Assembly (NCBI GenBank): GCA_964564295.1
Contig: CAZMBS010000004.1
Location: 1-47,415, forward strand
Source: an uncultured Streptomycetaceae bacterium
GTDB lineage: Bacteria > Pseudomonadota > Gammaproteobacteria > Burkholderiales > SG8-41
Direction: 5' to 3'
Length of the DNA: 47,415 nucleotides
Part shown: positions 6,614 to 15,329 of the stretch, in pieces
Numbering within the stretch: the stretch's first letter is position 1
Layout: each line of letters starts with the position of its first letter
Position numbers and translations under genes: made by a program
The notes under the pieces: generated by a model
What the model was told of the DNA's origin: nothing
Databases searched by the model: none
The model's input: the letters and a program-made list of their open reading frames with translations, nothing else

Positions 6614-8257
6614 TCACCGGGGTTCGCGCAGCCGGCTCGACAGCAACACGCCGGCCTGTTCGAGTATCGGATACGCGACCGCGCAGATATGGGAATTGAT
6701 GCGCTTCAGATCGCGGATGATGTCGAGGTGCAGCGCGCTCGTGTCGATGCTCTGCGTCGTGTTGTCGGCGAGGCGCTTCAGATGGTTGTCGGCGTAGGTG
6801 CGTTCCAGTTCGCGCAACTGCTCCTTTTCCGCCAGCAGTTTCTGCGCGCTTTTCAGATCCGGATCGATGAAGATGTTGAGCGCGAGCTGCAGATTGGAAA
6901 CCACGCGCCCGTGAATGTCGCGGATTTCGGCGAGCCCCGCGTCCGAGAACGTCAGGTTCTTGCGGATTTTCTTCTCCGCGAGTTCCAGCAGGTTCTTGTC
7001 GATGATGTCCCCGACGTGCTCGAGGTTGATCGTCAGCGAAATGATCTCCGTCCAGCGCCGGCTCTCGCGTTCCTCCAGCGCCTCGCGACTCATCTGCGTG
7101 AGGTAGAGCTTGATCGACGTGTACAGCGTGTCGATGTTGTCGTCCATCCGCCGGATCTCGGCGGCGCGCGCGAGGTCGTTCGATTCCAGCACCGTCAGCG
7201 TCCCCTTCAGCATCGTCTCGACGATGTCGCCGATGCGCAGCGCCTCGCGCGCCGCGCAGGAATTGGCGAGCGACGGCGTATCGAGCGCCACGGGATCGAG
7301 ATACCGCGGCGTCGCGTCGTCCCCGGCGCGCGGCGCCGACGGCAGCAGTTTCTCCGCGCACTTCGCGATCGTCTCGGTAAACAGCAGAAAGCCGGCGGCG
7401 ATCAGCACGTTGAACATCAGATGAAAATAGACCACCTGTTTCGGCACCGCCGCATCGAGCGTGGCGACCCACCCGCCGGCGATGCCCAGCATCGGCACGA
7501 GCACGATGCAGCCCACGAGCTTGAACATGAAATTGCCCAGCGCGACGCGGCGCGCCTCGTTGGTCGACCGCAGCGTCGCGAGGATCGCCAGCACGCCGCC
7601 GCCGAGGTTCGCGCCGAGCACGAGCCCGAATGCGACTTCCGGGGGCAGAATCAGCGCGGCCGTCAGCGCCGCGATCAGCAGCACCACGGCGAGGCTCGAA
7701 TAGCACAGCACGGTCAGCGCCGCGGCAACCACCATGTCGAGCAGCACGTCGCCCGTCAGCGTCGCGAACAGCACCTTCACGCCCTCGGCGTGCTTGAGCG
7801 GCTGCGTCGCATCGACGATCATTTTCAGCGCGAGGATGATGATGCCGAGCCCGATCAGGATGCGCCCGACGCGGTCCGCCCGCGAGCCGCGCCGGATCAG
7901 GAACAGCGCGACCCCGATGATGATGAGCAGCGGAGACAGCCACGAGAGATCGAACGAAAACGCCACCGCGAGCAGGCTCGTGCCGACGTCGGCGCCCAGC
8001 ATGATCGCGAGCGCCGGCGCGGTGGCGATGAGCCCCGATCCGACAAACGCCGTGGTGATCAGCGCCGTGGCCGTGCTGCTCTGAATCAGGCTCGTCACGC
8101 CGAGTCCGGCGACAAAGGCCTTGTAGCGGTTGCTCACGCTCGCCGCGAGCACCGCGCGCAGGTTCGCGCCGTAGATGCGCAGCACGCCGCCGCGCACGAT
8201 GTGCGTGCCCCAGACGAGGAGCGCGACGGCGGCCAGCAGGTTGAGAAGTACGGTCAT
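6614..8257 (-). CDS. Na+/phosphate symporter family protein (NptA/YjbB-like) with a C-terminal PhoU-like domain
   Basis: 547 aa. The N-terminus MTVLLNLLAAVALLVWGTHIVRGGVLRIYG..SLIQSSTATALI is typical of Na/Pi cotransporter II-related proteins. The soluble helical C-terminal half is PhoU-like. Confidence 0.85.
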   Translation of the reverse strand: MTVLLNLLAAVALLVWGTHIVRGGVLRIYGANLRAVLAASVSNRYKAFVAGLGVTSLIQSSTATALITTAFVGSGLIATAPALAIMLGADVGTSLLAVAFSFDLSWLSPLLIIIGVALFLIRRGSRADRVGRILIGLGIIILALKMIVDATQPLKHAEGVKVLFATLTGDVLLDMVVAAALTVLCYSSLAVVLLIAALTAALILPPEVAFGLVLGANLGGGVLAILATLRSTNEARRVALGNFMFKLVGCIVLVPMLGIAGGWVATLDAAVPKQVVYFHLMFNVLIAAGFLLFTETIAKCAEKLLPSAPRAGDDATPRYLDPVALDTPSLANSCAAREALRIGDIVETMLKGTLTVLESNDLARAAEIRRMDDNIDTLYTSIKLYLTQMSREALEERESRRWTEIISLTINLEHVGDIIDKNLLELAEKKIRKNLTFSDAGLAEIRDIHGRVVSNLQLALNIFIDPDLKSAQKLLAEKEQLRELERTYADNHLKRLADNTTQSIDTSALHLDIIRDLKRINSHICAVAYPILEQAGVLLSSRLREPR

Positions 8258-8283
8258 CGTGCGATTGTTTCCGGAAGGATCGG

Positions 8284-9843
8284 TTAACGTGGATCCAGCG
8301 CGAGCCGCGCGCCGGGAAACGACCGGCCGTCGACGCCGCGCATGTCGACGGTCAGGCGCCCGCTCGCGCCATCGATGGTCAGATGGCCGTAGACGAACGT
8401 CGCCTTGCCCGCGTCGGTGTACAGCACCGTCGGATTGAGCGACTTGTCGAGCGCCCGGCCGCGGCTGGGCCCGGCGCGCAGCGGTCCGACGTTCGCTTCG
8501 TGAAAATCCGGCACGCCGTCGCCGTCCGGGTCGTACGAATAGAGGTTGGTGTAGTGATGATCCCCGGTCAGAAACAGCACGTTGCGCACGCCGCGCTCGC
8601 GGATGAATCCGGCGATTTCCCGGAGTTCGCGTTCGTACCCGTACGGATTGTCGTCCTCGACGTTGGACCAGGCGTCACGGTAGATCCGCTTCTGCGGATC
8701 GCGCTCGTTCCCGCCGGCGGACGCGAGCGGCACCGAGCTCACGACGATTTTCCACGTGGCGCGGGACCGGGCAAGGCGCTCCTTGAACCACTGCTTCTGG
8801 GCCGCGCCCAGCATGGTCTTCGGTTGTCCTTCGGTATCGGCCCGGTAGCGCGGATCGCGGTACGAACGCGTGTCGAGCACGATGATTTCAGCGTGCGCAC
8901 CCCAGGAAATGCTGCGGTAGAGCCGGCGATCGAACGCACCGGACGGATCCGGCAGCACGCGGATCGGGTTGTACTCGTACATCACCTGCCGACCGGCCTG
9001 AAAGAGCACCGGGTTGTAAAAAACGCCCTGTCGCTGCTTTTGCGCGTTGCGCGGCCGCGACGGATCCGATGCCGCGAGTTGCGGGTCGCGCGCGAGTTCC
9101 TCGGGCGTCGGACCGGCCAGCAGCTCCGGTCCGCCGCTGTCGTTGACAAGTTCGTGGTCGTCCCAGGTCGCGATGATCGGCGTGGTTTCGAGAAATCGCG
9201 CGAACCGGTGATCGCTGCGGTGGTAGTGCCAGTCCCGGCGGAAGTCCTCGACCGACGTCACGTAACCCGGGCCCGGTTTCGGAATCTGGAACGCGTTGCC
9301 CCTGGGATGGTCCGGCGCCTCCGCGGTGATCGGCCGGTCCGAATAGAGCATGTCGCCGAGCGCGAGAAACAGATCCGCCGAATCCGCCGTCATCGCGCGG
9401 AATATCGGCCAGCCGTCGATCTCGAGTCCGACGTCGGGCCGCAGCCTTCCGTAACCCTGCCCGCCCAGGTCCGCGCCGAACAGAAACGTCAACGCGGCGC
9501 GCGCGTCCGGCGCCGGCGCGGTCGAAAACGCGCCGGTCCGCGGCAATGGCCCCTGCGCCCCGGCCACACGATAATGGTATCGGGTGGCGGGCTTCAGATC
9601 GTCGACCACGGCCTGCGCCATGAGCCCCCCGGCGGCACTCACGGTTACGGGGATGCGGGCAATCACGCGCTGGAACGCGGCATCCTCGGCGACTTCAAAG
9701 TGATGAGTACCCGGCGCGTCCACCTGCACCCACAGCACGGCGCTGCTCGCGGTGATATCCCCGCTCGCGAGCAACTCGGCACGCAGCGGCCCCGGCGCGA
9801 GCCACGCGAGCAGCAGCAGGCATTGCAGCACGTAACGCATCAT
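8284..9843 (-). CDS. phoD: PhoD-family alkaline phosphatase/phosphodiesterase
   Basis: 519 aa with a signal peptide. N-terminal PhoD_N-like region (GDITASSAVLWVQ) and a metallophosphatase core (WDDHE..., LTGDHHY). Confidence 0.85.
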   Translation of the reverse strand: MMRYVLQCLLLLAWLAPGPLRAELLASGDITASSAVLWVQVDAPGTHHFEVAEDAAFQRVIARIPVTVSAAGGLMAQAVVDDLKPATRYHYRVAGAQGPLPRTGAFSTAPAPDARAALTFLFGADLGGQGYGRLRPDVGLEIDGWPIFRAMTADSADLFLALGDMLYSDRPITAEAPDHPRGNAFQIPKPGPGYVTSVEDFRRDWHYHRSDHRFARFLETTPIIATWDDHELVNDSGGPELLAGPTPEELARDPQLAASDPSRPRNAQKQRQGVFYNPVLFQAGRQVMYEYNPIRVLPDPSGAFDRRLYRSISWGAHAEIIVLDTRSYRDPRYRADTEGQPKTMLGAAQKQWFKERLARSRATWKIVVSSVPLASAGGNERDPQKRIYRDAWSNVEDDNPYGYERELREIAGFIRERGVRNVLFLTGDHHYTNLYSYDPDGDGVPDFHEANVGPLRAGPSRGRALDKSLNPTVLYTDAGKATFVYGHLTIDGASGRLTVDMRGVDGRSFPGARLALDPR

Positions 9844-9877
9844 GGCTTCCGTCTCCTTGCGGTTCCCGTTCCGGCCG

Positions 9878-11410
9878 TCAATGGCGGCCGACCAGCCCGT
9901 CGTCGCTGATCGCGAGCCCGGTCAGCGTGCGATCGGCGTGCCGCAGGCGCCAGTCGAGCATGCGCCGCGCGTACTGCAGCGCGACGCCCGCATAGGCGGG
10001 TTCGTCCGCCACGTTGCGCATCCAGTGCGGATCGGCGCCGAGATCGAACAGCAGCGGCGGCAGTTCCGCGAAATGAACGTAGGCGAACGCGTCGTCCCGC
10101 ACCACGGCGAGACTCGTGGAGTCCGCATCGATCGAAAGCCGCGCCGCCGCACCGCCGCCCGCCATGTCGCGAAAGTCGTACTCCCATCGCGCCTCGCGCC
10201 GCCACGATCCGGGGGGGCGGCCGTGCACGAACGGCAGCAGCGAGCGCCCGTCGCACTGGTGCGGCACCGGGCGGCCGAGCCACTCGAGGATGGTCGGCAA
10301 CACGTCGACGTTCTCGGAAAAGGCGTCGATGCGCCGGCCGCGCGTGCCGTTCGCCTCGGGCCGCGGATCGCGCACGATGCAGGGTATGTGATAGGACTGC
10401 GGGAAGTAGCCGCGCTTGTTCACGAGGTGATGGTCGCCCAGTTGCTCGCCGTGGTCCGACGTCAGGATCACGAGCGTGCGCTCGTCCTGCCCGGTTTCCC
10501 GCAGCAGGCTGAACACGCGGCCGAGATGATCGTCGACTTCGGTGCACAGTCCATAGTAGGCCGCGCGCATCTTGCACCAGTCCGCGACGCCGACGTCGGC
10601 GGCAAGGCCGTCCATGTACTGCACGCCGCTTTTCGCCTTGATCGTGTCGAGCAGCAACCGCGTGAGCGGATGCACGTTTTTTTCGGCCTCGACCGAGGCG
10701 CCCTGGACCGGCCTCGGCACGCCCGCGGGGTCGTACATCGCATGGTAAGGCGCGGGCGCCATGAACGGCGGATGCGGCCGATAGGTGCCCAGATGAAGAA
10801 ACCACGGCTCGTCGCGCCGGATGCGGATGTAGTCGAGCGCGCCGTCGACGGACCACGCGGTTTCCGAATGCGCAGCGGCGATCGGAGATGCGGCGTAGTG
10901 CCGCGACTCGTCCGCCCCGGGCGCCGGACGGAAAATGTCCACGTATTCGTCCGGAATTCGGTAGCCCAGGCCCGACAGATACGCGAGGTAATGCTCGCGT
11001 TCCCCCTCGAAATCGCGCACGATCGTCCAGCCGTCCGCGATGGTGTTGGTGCGAAACCGCGGATCGGCGGGATCGGCATGGCGCGGATCGGGCACGGTGG
11101 TCGTGTAACCCACCAGCGCGGGATCGTAACCGGCTTCGCGCAGGAATCGCGGCAGCGTCTTCAGATGATGCGCCGTCGGCGTATTGTTCGTGGTGACCCG
11201 GTGATTCATCAGGTACTGCCCGCACAACAGCGACGCGCGGCTGGGACCGCACGGCGAACTTTGCGCGTAGTGCTGCGTGAAGGCGACCCCTTCGGCCGCG
11301 AGCCGGTCGATGTTCGGCGTGCGCACGCACGGATGGCCCAGAAAACCGAGCGTGTCCGCCCGCCATTGATCGACGATGATCAGCAGCACGTTGTCCGGTC
11401 TTCGATCCAT
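9878..11410 (-). CDS. Phosphonate monoester hydrolase / phosphodiesterase (PMH; alkaline-phosphatase/sulfatase superfamily)
   Basis: 510 aa. Near-colinear similarity, recalled from memory, to Rhizobium/Burkholderia PMH: VDQWRAD, SPCGPSRASLLCG (CxPxR formylglycine motif), GYDPALVGYTTTVPDPR, YRPHPPFMAPAPYHAMYDP, WRLRHADRTLTG. Confidence 0.85.
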   Translation of the reverse strand: MDRRPDNVLLIIVDQWRADTLGFLGHPCVRTPNIDRLAAEGVAFTQHYAQSSPCGPSRASLLCGQYLMNHRVTTNNTPTAHHLKTLPRFLREAGYDPALVGYTTTVPDPRHADPADPRFRTNTIADGWTIVRDFEGEREHYLAYLSGLGYRIPDEYVDIFRPAPGADESRHYAASPIAAAHSETAWSVDGALDYIRIRRDEPWFLHLGTYRPHPPFMAPAPYHAMYDPAGVPRPVQGASVEAEKNVHPLTRLLLDTIKAKSGVQYMDGLAADVGVADWCKMRAAYYGLCTEVDDHLGRVFSLLRETGQDERTLVILTSDHGEQLGDHHLVNKRGYFPQSYHIPCIVRDPRPEANGTRGRRIDAFSENVDVLPTILEWLGRPVPHQCDGRSLLPFVHGRPPGSWRREARWEYDFRDMAGGGAAARLSIDADSTSLAVVRDDAFAYVHFAELPPLLFDLGADPHWMRNVADEPAYAGVALQYARRMLDWRLRHADRTLTGLAISDDGLVGRH

Positions 11411-11422
11411 GACTTATTCTCC

Positions 11423-12424
11423 TTATTTATCAACGCTTTGCACTGCACCATCCCTGTGGTGCCGACAGGCGACACGATGCCCGTCTCCGACGTCTTCCAG
11501 TTCCGGCACGGCGTGCGCGCAATCGGCGCGCGCGATCGGACAGCGCGTGCGAAACCCGCAGCCCGACGGCGGATCGATCGCGCTCGGCATTTCGCCGGGC
11601 GGCACGGCGAACGCGCGGCGCGCGCGCGGATCCGGCACCGGAACGGCGGCGAGCAGCACGCGCGTGTACGGGTGTCGCGGCGCCTCGAACAGCGCTCGCG
11701 TATCCGCGATTTCGACGATGCGGCCCAGGTACATGACCGCGACCCGGTCGGCAATGACGCGCACGACGCCGAGGTTGTGCGTGATGAAAAGCAGCGTGAG
11801 CGAAAGGTTCCGCTGAAGTTCCGACAGCAGATTGATGATCTGCGCCTGGATCGAGACGTCGAGCGACGAAACCGGTTCGGCGGCGACGATCAGGCGCGGG
11901 CTGACGGCCAGCGCCCGCGCGATGCCGACGCGCTGGCGCTGCCCGCCCGACAACGCATGCGGATACCGCTGCGAGTGCTCCGGCTCGAGCCCGACCTGGG
12001 CGAGCAACGCCGCGACGCGCGCGGCCTGCGCGGCGCGATCGCCGATCCCGTGTATGCGCAACCCTTCCGCAACGACGTCGCCCACGGTCATGCGCGGATC
12101 GAGGGACGCGAAGGGATCCTGAAAAATGATCTGCATCTCGCGCCGCATCGCGCGCAGGGCCGCCGCCGGCAGATCCGTAATCCGCGTGCCGCCCAGGGTC
12201 ACCGTGCCGGCGCTCGGTTCGACCAGCCGCAGCAGCGCGCGTCCGAGCGTCGTCTTGCCCGAACCGGATTCGCCGACGAGCGCGAGCACTTCCCCCTCGC
12301 GGATGGCAAGATCGACCGACCTCACGGCCTGAAACTCGCGCCGGCGCCACAGCGCGCGCCCCGCGGCAAACGTGACGGTCAGGCCCTCGACGGTAACAAG
12401 ATCGCGCGCGCCCATCGCCTTCAT
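11423..12424 (-). CDS. ABC transporter ATP-binding protein (Dpp/Opp F-type)
   Basis: Walker A GESGSGKTT, signature LSGGQRQR, and the C-terminal oligopeptide-type extension. Start at MKAMGARD gives an ATGA overlap with the upstream gene's stop. Confidence 0.9.
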   Translation of the reverse strand: MKAMGARDLVTVEGLTVTFAAGRALWRRREFQAVRSVDLAIREGEVLALVGESGSGKTTLGRALLRLVEPSAGTVTLGGTRITDLPAAALRAMRREMQIIFQDPFASLDPRMTVGDVVAEGLRIHGIGDRAAQAARVAALLAQVGLEPEHSQRYPHALSGGQRQRVGIARALAVSPRLIVAAEPVSSLDVSIQAQIINLLSELQRNLSLTLLFITHNLGVVRVIADRVAVMYLGRIVEIADTRALFEAPRHPYTRVLLAAVPVPDPRARRAFAVPPGEMPSAIDPPSGCGFRTRCPIARADCAHAVPELEDVGDGHRVACRHHRDGAVQSVDK

Positions 12425-13458
12425 CCTGCGCTCGCCGTTGCGGCGTGTTCGCGCCAGCGCCAGCACCGCACGGAATGCCGTTCGCCCGCGGACTCGGCCC
12501 CGGGCATCTCGCCGGCACATCGCGGCGCGACGGCTACGGCGCAACGCGGGTGAAACGCGCACCCGGACGGCAACCGCCCGGGGCTCGGCACGACGCCGGG
12601 TATGGGCTGCACGCGGCCGCCGGTGCCGGCTGCATTCGGCATCGACCGCAACAGCCCCGCGGTGTACGGATGGCGCGCGGTCGCGAACAGCGCTTCGACC
12701 GGCGCGGTCTCGACGATGCGTCCCGCATACATGACCGCGACGCGATCCGCCATCTGCGCGACGACGCCGAGATCGTGCGTGATGAACAACACCGCCATGC
12801 GCAATTCGCGCTGAAGCGCGCGTATCAGATCGAGCACCTGTGCCTGCACCGACACGTCGAGCGCGGTGGTCGGCTCGTCCGCGATCAGCAGCCGCGGGCG
12901 GCAGGCAAGTGCGATCGCGATCATGACGCGCTGTCGCATGCCGCCAGACAGTTCGTGCGGAAACGCGCGCTGCCGCGCCGCGGGATCGGGTATGCCCACG
13001 AGCCGCAGCATGTCGAGGGCGCGCGCGGCGGCACCGGCCGCGCCGACCCGTTCGTGCGCGCGCACGGCTTCGGCAATCTGCTCGCCGACGCGCATCACGG
13101 GGTTCAGCGCCGTCATCGGCTCCTGGAATACCATCGATATCGCGCTGCCGCGAATCGCGCGCAGCCGCGCGGCGTCGATCGCGAGCAGGTCGACGACTTC
13201 GCCGCGCGCATCCCGGAACAGCAGTTGCCCCGTCAGACGGAGGTTTCCCGCAAGCGCGCCCGTCTCGGCGAGGCGCATGATGGAAAGCGCCGTCATCGAT
13301 TTCCCGGCGCCCGACTCCCCGACCAGCGCCACGGTCTCGCCGTCGCCGACGGTGAACGACACGCCGGACACGACGGACAGTTCCGCGTCGTCCGCTTTCA
13401 CGCGGACATGGAGGTCGCGCACGTCCAGCACGGGGACGTCAGTCGTCGACACGGACAT
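12421..13458 (-). CDS. ABC transporter ATP-binding protein (Dpp/Opp D-type)
   Basis: Walker A GESGAGKSM and signature LSGGMRQR. Start taken at MSVSTTDVPVL (internal Met of the track ORF). Confidence 0.9.
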   Translation of the reverse strand: MSVSTTDVPVLDVRDLHVRVKADDAELSVVSGVSFTVGDGETVALVGESGAGKSMTALSIMRLAETGALAGNLRLTGQLLFRDARGEVVDLLAIDAARLRAIRGSAISMVFQEPMTALNPVMRVGEQIAEAVRAHERVGAAGAAARALDMLRLVGIPDPAARQRAFPHELSGGMRQRVMIAIALACRPRLLIADEPTTALDVSVQAQVLDLIRALQRELRMAVLFITHDLGVVAQMADRVAVMYAGRIVETAPVEALFATARHPYTAGLLRSMPNAAGTGGRVQPIPGVVPSPGRLPSGCAFHPRCAVAVAPRCAGEMPGAESAGERHSVRCWRWREHAATASAG

Positions 13459-14356
13459 CGAGCACGTCCCGCAACCAGTCGCCGAGCATCTGCACGACGA
13501 ACGTGATGGCAACGATTACGAGCGCAGGCGCCATCGCCACCCACCAGGCAAATATGAGATGGTCGCGTCCGTCGCCCACCATGCTGCCGAGCGACGCGGT
13601 CGGCGGCTGCACGCCGATGCCCAGGAAGGAAAGCGACGACTCCAGCAGCAGGATCGACGGAAAATTCAGCGTCAGCAACACGATGAGCGGCGACGCGATG
13701 TTCGGCAGCACGTGCCGGAACGCGATCCAGAGGTTGGTCGCGCCGAGCGCGCGGCTTGCTTCGATGTACGGCATCTCGCGCACCTGCAGCACCTGCCCGC
13801 GCACGATCCGGGCATAGGTCTCCCAGCGCGCGAATCCGATCAGCACCACGAGCACGATCGTGTCGGTGCCGAACACCGCGATGCCGACCAGGCACATCAG
13901 CAGGAACGGCACCGTGATGAAGGTATCGACCGTCATCATGATCACGCGATCCGCGAATCCGCCGACGAGACCGCTGATGACGCCGAGCGTGGTTCCGACC
14001 ACGCAGCCGATCACGAGCCCGACCAGCGCGATGCCGACGCTCACGTGCAGGCCGTGGATGCAGCGCGACAGCAGATCGCGCCCGAGCTGATCGGTTCCGA
14101 GCAGGTGCACGCCGTCGTATCCGTCGAGAAAAAACGGCGCCTTGAGCTTGGCGAGTATCGCCGTCGCATCGGGGTCGTGCGGCGCGAGCCACGGCGCGAA
14201 CAGCGCCGTCAGCGCGATCGCGGCGGCCAGAACGACGCTCGCCTTGATCGAAACCGGCATGCGCCGGAACGCGAGGCGCCGGCGCAGCGCGAATTCGGGC
14301 ACCGCATCGCCCGGTGCGGCGCCGCGCGCCGGCGCGAGGGTATCGGCGGCGCTCAT
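13439..14356 (-). CDS. ABC transporter permease (Dpp/Opp C-type)
   Basis: 305-aa polytopic protein with a BPD-transporter EAA-like motif (ASRALGATNLWIAFRHVLPN). Confidence 0.9.
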   Translation of the reverse strand: MSAADTLAPARGAAPGDAVPEFALRRRLAFRRMPVSIKASVVLAAAIALTALFAPWLAPHDPDATAILAKLKAPFFLDGYDGVHLLGTDQLGRDLLSRCIHGLHVSVGIALVGLVIGCVVGTTLGVISGLVGGFADRVIMMTVDTFITVPFLLMCLVGIAVFGTDTIVLVVLIGFARWETYARIVRGQVLQVREMPYIEASRALGATNLWIAFRHVLPNIASPLIVLLTLNFPSILLLESSLSFLGIGVQPPTASLGSMVGDGRDHLIFAWWVAMAPALVIVAITFVVQMLGDWLRDVLDVRVDD

Positions 14357-14375
14357 GGCGCGCGGCCTCCCGGCC

Positions 14376-15296
14376 TCATGATTCCACGCGCACGCGCGGA
14401 TCCGCCAGCGAGTACAGCAGATCCACGACGAAATTGATGACGACCACGACGGCCGCGTAGGCGATCACGCCGAACTGCAGCACCGGAAAATCCCGCCGGG
14501 ACACCGATCCCGTCAGCACCTTGCCGAGCCCGGGCCACGAAAACACGGTTTCCACGATCAGCGAGCCGTTGATGAGTCCGGCGACCTCCAGTCCCAGCAC
14601 CGTGATGAGCGGCAGCAGCGCATTGCGCATCACGTGCATCGTGACGACCCGCGACTCCGCGACGCCCTTCGCGCGCGCCGTGCGCACATAGTCCTGGTTC
14701 AACACGTCCAGCATGGTGCTGCGCATGTAGCGCGCGATCGCGGCGATCAGCGGCAATGCGAGCGTCACGGCCGGCAGCACGTAATGCGCCGCGGTCTGGT
14801 CGCCGGTGCTCGGCAGCCAGTTCAGGTGGTAGCTGAACACCAGGATCAGAAGGATCGCGATGATGAAGTGCGGCACCGCGTAACCCAGGAACGCGATCGC
14901 CATCGCGACGCGCGCCGCGGACCGGCCGCGCCGCAGCGCGGCGATCGCGCCGAGCGGGATGCCGACCGCCACGCCGATCGCAAGCGCAAGCAATGCCAGT
15001 TGCAGAGTGGACTGCAGCTTCTCCGCGTACACGGTGGTCACCGGCCGGCGTTCGATGATGCTCACGCCGAAGTCCCCCCGCGCCAGATTGGCGACGTAGA
15101 CGCCGAACTGCTCGGGCAGGCTGCGATCGAGTCCCCACTGTTTTTCCAGCAGCTGTTTCTGTTCCGGCGTCGCGTCCTCCGGATACAGGATGTCCACGGG
15201 CGAGCCGGTCATGCGCACCGCGAGAAAACACGCGACCAGTACCGCGAGGATCGTGAGTGCCGCGCGTCCGGACCGCCAGAGCAGGAAATGCAGCAT
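14376..15296 (-). CDS. ABC transporter permease (Dpp/Opp B-type)
   Basis: 306-aa polytopic protein. YVRTARAKGVAESRVVTMHVMRNALLP is the typical DppB/OppB EAA loop. Confidence 0.9.
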   Translation of the reverse strand: MLHFLLWRSGRAALTILAVLVACFLAVRMTGSPVDILYPEDATPEQKQLLEKQWGLDRSLPEQFGVYVANLARGDFGVSIIERRPVTTVYAEKLQSTLQLALLALAIGVAVGIPLGAIAALRRGRSAARVAMAIAFLGYAVPHFIIAILLILVFSYHLNWLPSTGDQTAAHYVLPAVTLALPLIAAIARYMRSTMLDVLNQDYVRTARAKGVAESRVVTMHVMRNALLPLITVLGLEVAGLINGSLIVETVFSWPGLGKVLTGSVSRRDFPVLQFGVIAYAAVVVVINFVVDLLYSLADPRVRVES

Positions 15297-15329
15297 GTCG
15301 GTGGCGTGCCGGAACCCCTGCGCCGGCGA

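Noticed and set aside
9842-12553. A 903-aa ORF. Similar giant ORFs in the track are 6603-7943(-), 6689-8287(+), 8383-9909(+), 9840-11366(-), 12866-14437(+), 14634-16892(+), 18519-21068(+), 23784-25970(+), 29873-32722(+), 33475-34875(-), 35676-37715(-) and 43511-44488(-).
   Set aside because: All are antisense or alternative frames of genes with clear family signatures. Their products are Arg/Pro/Ala/Gly/His-rich low-complexity strings with no motifs. This is the usual artefact of stop-codon-poor high-GC DNA.
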